In this document: piece after piece, positions 8,848 to 17,406 of the stretch | How the letters are laid out: the number at the start of each line of letters is the position of its first letter | Numbering within the stretch: position 1 is the first letter of the stretch | Sequence record: ON862890.1 | DNA: 64,000 nt | DNA from: Escherichia phage A221 | Strand: one strand, 5' to 3' | Notes under the pieces: generated by a model | The model's input: the letters and a program-made list of their open reading frames with translations, nothing else | The model's database searches: none | Told to the model about the DNA's origin: nothing | Program-made: the position numbers and the translations under genes

Positions 8848-11800
8848 ATGCAAGAAATGAACCTCAACCGCCGCCCATATTGGGATGACTGGAATCCAGA
8901 GAAGCGTTTTTCGCGCATCCTATTCCGTCCGGCACCTATCAAAGTTCAGACGCGTGAACTGAACCAGATGCAGACCATCTTCCAGGATCAACTGGAGAAA
9001 CTTGGCAACCATCTGTTCAAAGACGGTTCAATGGTTATCCCCGGCGGCCTAACGATCACCAACACTGCTGTGTCCATGAAGTTCACTCTGGCTGGTGGTA
9101 GTGAGTTCACTGATCTGGAAGGTATCTCCGAACTCTATGTCCTGGGCAAGGACAACAATGCGAAAGCACGCGTCCTGTCCTTGGAACGTTATCCAGCTGA
9201 GCCAGATACAATGTATGCCATCTTAGAGATGACTGAGAGTGGTAGTTCAGACGGTTTCGAAGCTGGCGACAATCTATATTTCAACACCTATGACGTGAAC
9301 GATAACTTCATCCGTGTCGGCTATGGTGTGGCCGATACTGTTGGCGGTTCGATTGTCGCTCGCATGACAAAGGGTGTTTATTTCGTTCGTGGTATGTTCC
9401 TGGATGTTGAACCAACCACTTTGATCGTAGACAACGCATCGAACTCTACATCTCACCGCATTGGCTTCAAAGTTACAGAAACAATCGTGACCGAAGCAGA
9501 AGATGAAAGTCTGTTCTCCAATGCTCAGGGTACTCCGAACTCTAAAGCCCCTGGTGCGCATCGCCTGCGCGTCGACCTCGTGTTGTCTCGCTACGGTTAT
9601 GATGAAGAAGTGGCCGACTTCGTTGAACTGGCGAAGGTGAAAGACGGTCGCATTCAGTCCATGGTCACCCAGTCAACGTACAACATCCTCGAAGACGCCA
9701 TGGCTCAGCGTACCTATGAGACTAATGGTGACTACAACGTCTCTACTCACCAGATCGACCTGCGCGAACATCTGAAACAGAACAACAACGGCGGCGTTTA
9801 CACTCCGGCTGAAGGTGGTGATGAAAGCAAATTCGTGGCGGTTATGAAGCCAGGCATTTCCTACGTTCGTGGTCGTCGTATCGAAAACCTCGGCGAAGAG
9901 CTGGTCATAATTGACAAAGCCCGTGACACTGATATCCTGAACAACAACCCTGTGGCTGTTTCGACTGGCAACTATCTGGTGTCCAAGAACTCCAAAGGGG
10001 TTCCGGTTGTCTCCCGCACAATCCGCTACAAGTTCCTGAACGCATCCAGCGATGTGCAGGCCACCGCCCTGTTGATTTCGGCAGAGCGCTCTGGTACTGA
10101 ATTCCGTCTGTATATGCGCGACCTTGTTGTGACTGGGGACATGGGTACGGTGACCAAAGTTGCATATGAAGAAAGCGGTACAACGATGTTCTCCTGCGAA
10201 CTGGAGTCCAATCAGTTCAGTCAGAGTTCAGCAATTGACCTGATCTTCCCTCTGCCTGTATTTGGTGTGAAGACTCTAGCACCTACAGGCACCATCGACA
10301 TCAACTACACCGTCCTGCGGTCAAACAAGATCACGTTGAACGCCGCTGGTGCAGGATCAATCTCTGCTCCTCTGGGTTACAGCTTCAGCCCTGAGTTTTC
10401 ACTGTACTCCGCAGCGAAAGCAGACGGCACTGCAGCTCAGTTTGATATCTCTTCGGGACTGTCCCTGGCTGGTACTCCGGTTGGTTCAGCACTGCAGATT
10501 TCCCTGGGCGCGGGGTACGCCAACCAGTCTATCAACCTGTTGGCATTGATGGTCCGCACCACAGCGACGATCAAGACCAAGACTGTTACTGAAGTCACCG
10601 AGACTGTGACGTTTACTGCGGCGGCCAGCGCACAACTTGGGAACCATGATGGTTACAAGCTGATCAGCGTGAAGAACGCAAATGGCGCTGACGTCACCTC
10701 TAACTTCACTCTGGACGGCGGTCAGCGTGATGCTGCATACTACCTTTCTAACCTCATATCGTCCACAGGAGCCATTTCAGGGACGTTCACGGTGGTGTAT
10801 CAGTATTTCGCTCACAGCTCTGGTGATTTCTTCACAGCGGACTCCTATTCGTCCATCAACTACCCAGACATCCCGAACTATGTTTCATCCAGTTCTGGTA
10901 CTGTGTATGGGTTGGCCGACAGTCTGGACTTCCGTCCCAAGATCACCAGCGGAGCGTCTGACACGGACATGGTTCGCCCGAACACCGCGATCATCCTAGA
11001 TGCAGAGTACTATCTACCTCGTATTGATGCTGTGTATCTGGCCGACAACGGTGTGTTCAACGTTGCGCGTGGTGTGAGTTCCAACAACCTGGCTTCCCCT
11101 GCGATCCCAGACAACAGCATGCGCCTGTATGAATTGATGATCCCACCATACACGGCCAACATTGACGACATCCAGATTCGTACTATCGACAACCGCCGCT
11201 ACACGATGCGCGATATCGGTAAACTGGAGACCCGTATCTCCAATGTCGAATATTACACCTCACTGTCTCAGCTGGAATCCTCGGCGATGTCACAACAGGT
11301 GTTCGATCCAATTACTGGCAACCCGCGCTTCAAGAACGGTATCGCAGCAGACCCGTTCAAAGATTTCCGTCTGATCGACGATTTGTCTGCAGACTGGGTG
11401 GGTTCAATCGACACTGACAATGGTCGTCTGCGTCCGTTTGTTCAGCAGAACGCGATTGACCTGACGCCAGTCGGTTGGAACAACGTTCAGGATGGCATGG
11501 TTGTATGCAACTACACCCGTGAGATCTCTGTCCGACAGGACTATGCAACCACGACCATCAACGTGAACCCGTATGCGGTGTTCAACTGGGAAGGATTCCT
11601 GAAACTGAACCCAACTACTGATTACTGGTTTGAGAACTACTATGTTACTCCACGTGTGATCAACGAAACGATCAACACCCGTGGTGCGATCAAAGAAGGT
11701 TCCGTGTATGGCACATGGCGTACTGTGTCCGTGTCTGAGCGTGTGTGGGAACCGCATGGTGCAGGTGGTGTATGGTGGGGCTATCGCTACCGCACGACTG

Positions 11801-13686
11801 TGTCTACCCGTGACGTCACCACGTACACGTACACCGACAAGACGACCACTACCCTGACTGGCGAGCAGATCGTTGAAACGCAGGTAATCCCATACATGCG
11901 CAAAACGAACATCAACTTCGAAGCCACAGGTCTGCGTCCGTTCACTCGTGTGTATCCGTTCTTCTCTGGACGTGATGTGAGCGCGTACTGTACCCCAAAC
12001 GGTGGTGTACTGGGCGGTGCGTTGAACACTGATGCCAACGGCAACATCAAAGGTGTGTTTGCGGTTCCTCAGAACGAGACTATCAAGTTTAACACGGGTG
12101 ACAACGTCTTCCGTCTGACTGACAGTCCTGTGGACAGTAAGTCTGCTGATGATACCCTGACCAATGCTGAGGCTGTTCATAAGTCCTTCGGCAAGAAACA
12201 GGGCATCCAGAAGACTTATGTCAACACCCGCGTCCTGGGATACACTGCAACCAAGTCTACGGAAAACAAAACAGAGACGGTTGAAGTCGCGAAGTGGAAA
12301 GATCCTATCGCCCAGTCCTTTATGGTTGCCACCAATATCGGCGGCGAATACATCGAAGGGATTGAAGTCTTCTTCTCTACCAAGTCCCGTGATATCCCGA
12401 TCACTCTGGAAATCCGCGAGATGAGCAATGGTCTGCCAGCGACGACTGTCGTCACTCGTAAGACTCTGAATCCATCAGAAGTTTCTATCTCCACAGACTC
12501 TTCTGTGCCGACGATGTTCAAGTTTGATTATCCTGTGTATCTGCAGGCACAGACTGAGTTCGCGATTGTTCTCTTGGCCAACACTCAGGACTACAACGCA
12601 TACATCGCAGAGATGGGCAAGAAGAACTTGCTGACCAACGAGTTCATTGCCAAACAGCCGTACACTGGCGTGTTCTTCACATCTTCAAATGGTACGACCT
12701 GGACTCCAAACCAGACTGCCGATATGAAGTTCCGTGTATATCGCTGTAACTTCTCCGCTGGTTCAAACATCGTGACCTTCGATGCTAAAGTCGGTCCGAA
12801 GATCCGTCCTCTGGGTCTGAACACCGTGAAATGCGTCAACGGTTCTTCAACTGTTACTGTGTACGCTCCGGGACATGGCCTGACTGCGGGTGAAAGTGTT
12901 ACTCTGTCTGGGTTGACGGGTGGTTGTGGTTTCACTCCTGAGCAGCTGAACGCTCAACACACTGTGACTGATGCGACGTTCACGACGTTCAAATTCGTTC
13001 TGAGTTCCAACGCCGACTCCGACGGTCAGATTGGTGGTGAAGCGGCTTCTTTCCTAGGCAACTACTTGGTAGACATGTTCTACGCAAGCGTCACCAATTC
13101 AGCCCTGGAAGGATCTGTGTTGAAACTGGAATACCGCTATCGCGATGCGACCTCCAACTCATTCTCTGATTGGGTTGAGTTCGAATCCGATACGGACGTG
13201 TCTCTGCCGACGGAAGGTATCTATCGTCAGGTGGGTGACTTCCAGGTTCGTGCAACCATGACTCGCAACGAGAGTAATGTCTACACGGCTCCAATGATCG
13301 ACGGTGATGATTTCACTATCATCTTCAACACCTACGGTGTGGATCCGTTTGAAGATGTGTTCAGCTATGTGACCAAGGATATCGGATTCGATAACCCTTG
13401 CACCACTCTGAAGCAATACTTCGGCGCGATGCTACCTTCTCAGTCTTCAATGACTGTGCAGGTTAAGCTGCTGCGCGCAGGCCAGGAAATGGATAATGTG
13501 GCATGGGAAACTGTGACACCGACATCCCCTCTGGTCAATGACGGTTCTGCATTCTTCGAATATGAGTATGACAAGACTGTAGACAGCACCAATCCTTTCG
13601 TTGGCCTGAAGATCCGCCTGCTGGTCAGAGGCAACCGCATAGCACCGCCGTCATTCAAAGATTTCCGTTTGATTGCTCTGGCATAA
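8848..13686 (+). CDS. large virion structural protein (putative baseplate/tail-fibre-associated)
   Basis: Track ORF starts with TTG at 8800 across the promoter motif; first ATG with GGAG RBS at 8848 gives 1612 aa; sits in the late structural block after a CTAAATA motif. Confidence 0.5.
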   Translation: MQEMNLNRRPYWDDWNPEKRFSRILFRPAPIKVQTRELNQMQTIFQDQLEKLGNHLFKDGSMVIPGGLTITNTAVSMKFTLAGGSEFTDLEGISELYVLGKDNNAKARVLSLERYPAEPDTMYAILEMTESGSSDGFEAGDNLYFNTYDVNDNFIRVGYGVADTVGGSIVARMTKGVYFVRGMFLDVEPTTLIVDNASNSTSHRIGFKVTETIVTEAEDESLFSNAQGTPNSKAPGAHRLRVDLVLSRYGYDEEVADFVELAKVKDGRIQSMVTQSTYNILEDAMAQRTYETNGDYNVSTHQIDLREHLKQNNNGGVYTPAEGGDESKFVAVMKPGISYVRGRRIENLGEELVIIDKARDTDILNNNPVAVSTGNYLVSKNSKGVPVVSRTIRYKFLNASSDVQATALLISAERSGTEFRLYMRDLVVTGDMGTVTKVAYEESGTTMFSCELESNQFSQSSAIDLIFPLPVFGVKTLAPTGTIDINYTVLRSNKITLNAAGAGSISAPLGYSFSPEFSLYSAAKADGTAAQFDISSGLSLAGTPVGSALQISLGAGYANQSINLLALMVRTTATIKTKTVTEVTETVTFTAAASAQLGNHDGYKLISVKNANGADVTSNFTLDGGQRDAAYYLSNLISSTGAISGTFTVVYQYFAHSSGDFFTADSYSSINYPDIPNYVSSSSGTVYGLADSLDFRPKITSGASDTDMVRPNTAIILDAEYYLPRIDAVYLADNGVFNVARGVSSNNLASPAIPDNSMRLYELMIPPYTANIDDIQIRTIDNRRYTMRDIGKLETRISNVEYYTSLSQLESSAMSQQVFDPITGNPRFKNGIAADPFKDFRLIDDLSADWVGSIDTDNGRLRPFVQQNAIDLTPVGWNNVQDGMVVCNYTREISVRQDYATTTINVNPYAVFNWEGFLKLNPTTDYWFENYYVTPRVINETINTRGAIKEGSVYGTWRTVSVSERVWEPHGAGGVWWGYRYRTTVSTRDVTTYTYTDKTTTTLTGEQIVETQVIPYMRKTNINFEATGLRPFTRVYPFFSGRDVSAYCTPNGGVLGGALNTDANGNIKGVFAVPQNETIKFNTGDNVFRLTDSPVDSKSADDTLTNAEAVHKSFGKKQGIQKTYVNTRVLGYTATKSTENKTETVEVAKWKDPIAQSFMVATNIGGEYIEGIEVFFSTKSRDIPITLEIREMSNGLPATTVVTRKTLNPSEVSISTDSSVPTMFKFDYPVYLQAQTEFAIVLLANTQDYNAYIAEMGKKNLLTNEFIAKQPYTGVFFTSSNGTTWTPNQTADMKFRVYRCNFSAGSNIVTFDAKVGPKIRPLGLNTVKCVNGSSTVTVYAPGHGLTAGESVTLSGLTGGCGFTPEQLNAQHTVTDATFTTFKFVLSSNADSDGQIGGEAASFLGNYLVDMFYASVTNSALEGSVLKLEYRYRDATSNSFSDWVEFESDTDVSLPTEGIYRQVGDFQVRATMTRNESNVYTAPMIDGDDFTIIFNTYGVDPFEDVFSYVTKDIGFDNPCTTLKQYFGAMLPSQSSMTVQVKLLRAGQEMDNVAWETVTPTSPLVNDGSAFFEYEYDKTVDSTNPFVGLKIRLLVRGNRIAPPSFKDFRLIALA

Positions 13687-13735
13687 GTAGTATTAACAAG
13701 GCGGGGTTGCCCCGCCATTAACAGAGGATATTATC

Positions 13736-13984
13736 ATGCGTGGTGTAAAAGTACAAGGGCATGCATCGATGATGAGAAGTAGCTCTTGCCCTGGGGCTAT
13801 CATCTGCACAGACAATGCTGCCGGTTTGGCAGCACTGAACGCTCGTCGAAATCAGGAAGAAAAGGACAGAACTATTGCAGCGCAGGCAGCGCAAATAGAT
13901 CAACTGACAGCGATGGTACAACTCATGGCGGAACACCTCGGGATTGAACTCCCGTCAGGAGGCCAAGATGGCAACCCAAACTGA
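13736..13984 (+). CDS. hypothetical protein
   Basis: 82-aa ORF with ATG and gagga RBS directly after a GGCGGGG/CCCCGCC hairpin; overlaps next gene by 17 nt. Confidence 0.35.
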   Translation: MRGVKVQGHASMMRSSSCPGAIICTDNAAGLAALNARRNQEEKDRTIAAQAAQIDQLTAMVQLMAEHLGIELPSGGQDGNPN

Positions 13985-14306
13985 CACTGTGATCGATGTG
14001 AAAGCGATCCTCACCGGGGTGCTGACGGCGACGATAGTCTCTGTTGGCTCGGTTGTTTGGATGATGGGTAAATTTGAGAATCGCCTTGATGTGGTTGAGC
14101 GTGACTCCAACAAGGTCGACCTAATCCTCACCAAGGTGAACGATATGAATGAGAAGATTGCTGTGTTAAACACAGACGTTAACTACGTCAAGCAGAACGT
14201 TGCTGAGTTGAAACTCAATAGCAACAGTCTATCCGATGACGTTCGCACTTTACGTATCACCGTCGCTGATATCCAGAGCAACAAGGGGAATGGCAATGGC
14301 CGTTAA
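13968..14306 (+). CDS. hypothetical membrane-anchored coiled-coil protein
   Basis: ATG at M9 of track ORF 13944 (codon 1 is TTG); ggagg RBS; predicted N-terminal TM helix (AILTGVLTATIVSVGSVVWMM) followed by heptad-like coiled-coil sequence. Confidence 0.4.
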   Translation: MATQTDTVIDVKAILTGVLTATIVSVGSVVWMMGKFENRLDVVERDSNKVDLILTKVNDMNEKIAVLNTDVNYVKQNVAELKLNSNSLSDDVRTLRITVADIQSNKGNGNGR

Positions 14307-15048
14307 TTCTATTGTTGATCGTAAAGGATTTATGAATTACATTCTCAAGAAATTGGGGGCGCCTGTAATTCAGATCAACCTTGACCCAACGCAAGTTTCG
14401 GATGCTGTAGACGATGCTCTACAGAAGTTTTGGGAGTATCATCGTGATGGCAGTCAGGACGCATTCTTTGTTCACCAGGTGACTGAAGAAACTATCACCA
14501 ACGGTTACATCGAATTCCCCAAAGACATCGACGACGTGGTTGAAGTCATCGTTGGCCCTCCGATTGAATCGATCGGTAACTGGGCAACCCCTCAATGGCA
14601 GATGGCCCAAGCCATGTTGGTACCAAAGGCCGCCCTCGTTTCCATCCGCTTGGTCGACTATGTTTCAATGCAACAGCGTTTGTCTGACATCACCAGTGTG
14701 CTGAACGTGAAGCGCACCTTCGTTTACAAGAAATTCCAGCGCAAACTCTACCCACAATTCGCCCTGACAAAGGACGAGGTGTTGGCGTTCAAATGCTTCC
14801 AGAACATCGACCCAGAGGTTGAGGGTAATGAAGAAGCATGGAATGATATGTGGCTGAAGGCATATGCAACTGCGTTGGTTAAGCGCCGCTGGGCAGAAGT
14901 GCTCAAGAAGGCAAGAGGCATCCGTCTCCCTGGTGGTATCGAGCTGGATGGCGATAGTATGTTCAGTGAGGCTGAAGCGGAGATCGAGCGTTTAGAGGAA
15001 GAATTGCGTACTGGTCAGCAGTACCCTATCGACTTCTACATGGGATAA
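14296..15048 (+). CDS. gp13: neck protein (T4 gp13-like)
   Basis: ILKKLGAPVIQINLDPTQV and C-terminal RLPGGIELDG...EAEIERLEEEL resemble T4 gp13 as remembered; position upstream of gp14/15/16/17-like genes. Confidence 0.65.
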   Translation: MAVNSIVDRKGFMNYILKKLGAPVIQINLDPTQVSDAVDDALQKFWEYHRDGSQDAFFVHQVTEETITNGYIEFPKDIDDVVEVIVGPPIESIGNWATPQWQMAQAMLVPKAALVSIRLVDYVSMQQRLSDITSVLNVKRTFVYKKFQRKLYPQFALTKDEVLAFKCFQNIDPEVEGNEEAWNDMWLKAYATALVKRRWAEVLKKARGIRLPGGIELDGDSMFSEAEAEIERLEEELRTGQQYPIDFYMG

Positions 15049-15053
15049 GGAAA

Positions 15054-15078
15054 GGCGGGATTACCCGCCCTTCTTTTA
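15054..15078 (+). terminator. intrinsic terminator-like hairpin
   Basis: GGCGGG-atta-CCCGCC followed by cttctttt after gp13-like stop. Confidence 0.5.
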
Positions 15079-15288
15079 GATTTTCAAATCCAGGTTTCCG
15101 TCGCCACTACCACGCAGCAGACCGTCTTCTGTCTTGTCTTTGGAGTTCCACCACTCAATGAAGTCTGTGCCATCTACTTCTTTCACCAGACCGACGATGT
15201 CGTAATCACCACCTCCAATCTTGGCGTCCACACAGATGATTCGGACGCGACGACCGCTGCGAACTTCTTTGATGTCTTCCACTTGCAT
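15076..15288 (-). CDS. hypothetical small protein (antisense to the late operon)
   Basis: 70-aa minus-strand ORF with ATG and GAGGA-like RBS, between gp13-like and gp14-like genes; stop abuts the terminator hairpin at 15054-15078. Confidence 0.25.
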   Translation of the reverse strand: MQVEDIKEVRSGRRVRIICVDAKIGGGDYDIVGLVKEVDGTDFIEWWNSKDKTEDGLLRGSGDGNLDLKI

Positions 15289-15317
15289 GAGCTATTCCTC
15301 AAAAGAATAAACTTCGA

Positions 15318-15324
15318 CTAAATA
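15318..15324 (+). promoter_or_regulatory. late-promoter-like motif CTAAATAcc
   Basis: 24 nt upstream of ATG 15348. Confidence 0.5.
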
Positions 15325-15347
15325 CCTTCAAAATTGAGGGTATCGAT

Positions 15348-15998
15348 ATGGCCACTTCTAAATATTTCAACGCCACCAATCACCAAGGCACACAAAAGCT
15401 GATTGAAGATTTGGTACAGGAAATGATTGAGTTGCGCGGGATAGACATCAAGTATATACCCCGTTCCATCGTTGAAAAATTTCCTATCACCAACGATGCT
15501 AACCACAGGTTCGACCAGGCGTTCGACATCGAAGCGTACATGCAGGATTATCAGGGCTTCAACACCCAGATGTGGGAGAAGTTTGGGGGTATCCAATTGC
15601 AAGACGAAGTGACGTTCTCTATCTCGCGCCGCCGATTTGCCGAGGTGATAGGCAACGGTGTTGGGTTTGAACAACAACCTCAGGAAGGTGACCTGATCTA
15701 TCTACCACTGGCGAACAAGATCTTCAAGGTCAACAACCCGAACAACGATGAAGACTTCATGCAATTTGGCAAATGGTATACGTTCTCTCTACCGTGCACG
15801 TTGTTCCAGTACGGCAACGAAAACTTCGATACGGGCGTTCCGGAGATCGACGATATCGACAAACGTCTGTCCATCTTGGACGAAGAGAACGAACCGGACG
15901 TGTACAAGGATTCTTCTCTGCAGACCGACAATGCTTTAGCAGATGATCTTGAGAAGGGGCTTGCAACAGACAATATGAAGATCGACTTTGGAGAATAA
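15348..15998 (+). CDS. putative neck protein (gp14-like by position)
   Basis: 216 aa; CTAAATA motif at 15318; lies between gp13-like and gp15-like genes; no confident motif match by eye. Confidence 0.45.
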   Translation: MATSKYFNATNHQGTQKLIEDLVQEMIELRGIDIKYIPRSIVEKFPITNDANHRFDQAFDIEAYMQDYQGFNTQMWEKFGGIQLQDEVTFSISRRRFAEVIGNGVGFEQQPQEGDLIYLPLANKIFKVNNPNNDEDFMQFGKWYTFSLPCTLFQYGNENFDTGVPEIDDIDKRLSILDEENEPDVYKDSSLQTDNALADDLEKGLATDNMKIDFGE

Positions 15999-16000
15999 TC

Positions 16001-16696
16001 ATGGCCAGACCATTTGAAAATTACTTCTACCATGATTCATTGATGAAATACATCAATCTGTTTGCCACCATTATGTCTGATCTGAAGGTGAACACAGAGC
16101 GTGGTCTTATGGAAGTCCCATTACACATGGCCATCGGGAGACGCAATGACCTCAACAGGAACGTGCCGTCCAACATGCTTCCATTTGCGACTTTCTCTTT
16201 TGGTCAGTTTGAGATCAACAAACAGGTGACGAAGACGTACCACAATCGACAATCGACACCAACAGCAGGGGCGAAGCAGCGAATCCCCCTGATTATCGAT
16301 TTTGAGTACAATATCCGAACCAAGAAATTGGTTGAGATGTTACAGGTGCTAGAGCAGGTTTATTCGGTATTCACTCCCTCTCTAGACTGTGGTATCAAGG
16401 ACAACGATACACTACAGCAAGACCAGAAGATCAAGATCCAACTGGTCAGCCACCAGATGTCCGATAACTGGGAAGGGGATGCTTCTGATTCACCACACGT
16501 CGACTGCTCCTTCATGTTCCAGCTGAGCGGCTTCATCTACGGGTATGACTATTGGGTGGACAACGAGGGAGGCGGGGATCCCAACGGGATCAAAGAGATA
16601 ATTATCGAAATGTCTAATGATTTGAAAACACCGTGGACGGAACTGCCGGAGTGGTTCCGTGTTGACAAAGACGGTGTACATCATCCTGGAGATTGA
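16001..16696 (+). CDS. gp15: tail sheath stabilizer / tail completion protein (T4 gp15-like)
   Basis: 231 aa; N-terminal and central segments resemble T4 gp15 as remembered; synteny gp13-gp14-gp15-gp16-gp17. Confidence 0.6.
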   Translation: MARPFENYFYHDSLMKYINLFATIMSDLKVNTERGLMEVPLHMAIGRRNDLNRNVPSNMLPFATFSFGQFEINKQVTKTYHNRQSTPTAGAKQRIPLIIDFEYNIRTKKLVEMLQVLEQVYSVFTPSLDCGIKDNDTLQQDQKIKIQLVSHQMSDNWEGDASDSPHVDCSFMFQLSGFIYGYDYWVDNEGGGDPNGIKEIIIEMSNDLKTPWTELPEWFRVDKDGVHHPGD

Positions 16697-16698
16697 TT

Positions 16699-17406
16699 AT
16701 GAGTGCTATGTCAGAACGCCTATTATCCACCCTCAGTGCTATCCAAGCGCGGGATGAGGTCGCTCAAGAAGTCATGGAGAAGACCTCGCCTATAGCCGGA
16801 AAAGATTACGATCCGGATACAGGCGAATGGTTGGGTGAAAAGCCTGCGGGGTATGAGCCTGTGGTGTTTCCTCCTTCATTGGACCCAGAAGAGCTGAAGC
16901 CCAAGGAGTCTAAGGTTCCAGACTTCGAAGACACTGATGCCACCACCGACTACAAACGCATCCGTGATACGACTTATGCCATGCAGGAAGCCACGATGTT
17001 CATGATGGGACAGGCAGCCAAACTTGCGACGACGACTGAAGCACCCCGTGCTTTCACAGTCTTCAAAGAGTTGGGTGAACTCATGCGCGGTCTGAACAAA
17101 GACCTGATGGAGAACCAAAAAACTATCAAGGCGGTCACGGGCGACAGAGAGCCACCTCCTGGAGACGAAACAACCGTCGAGGTCACCACGTCCCCTGATG
17201 GCACAACCACGGTCAACGTCGGTAAACAGGCCAGGTCTTCCCGTGATCTACTGAAGACCATCGAAGACGCCCGTAAACGTGCTGAAGAACGTGCTGCAGC
17301 GAAAGCTGCGTCCAAAGGACCTGATCCCGAAGAAGATGTAATCGACGTTCAGGCGGAGCCACAGCCGAAGGAAGAAGGTGAAGACGATGGCGTATCAGAA
17401 GCGTGA
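16699..17406 (+). CDS. gp16: terminase small subunit (T4 gp16-like)
   Basis: Track codon 1 is TTG; ATG at 16699 with ggaga RBS; central DYKRIRD...MQEATMFMMGQAAKLATTTE resembles T4 gp16; directly precedes large terminase. Confidence 0.55.
   Translation: MSAMSERLLSTLSAIQARDEVAQEVMEKTSPIAGKDYDPDTGEWLGEKPAGYEPVVFPPSLDPEELKPKESKVPDFEDTDATTDYKRIRDTTYAMQEATMFMMGQAAKLATTTEAPRAFTVFKELGELMRGLNKDLMENQKTIKAVTGDREPPPGDETTVEVTTSPDGTTTVNVGKQARSSRDLLKTIEDARKRAEERAAAKAASKGPDPEEDVIDVQAEPQPKEEGEDDGVSEA

Noticed and set aside
11404-12180. 258-aa minus-strand ORF (and shorter ones nearby) inside the 1612-aa virion protein gene
   Set aside because: Antisense to a long, well-supported coding frame; shadow ORFs are expected here and no RBS or promoter is evident
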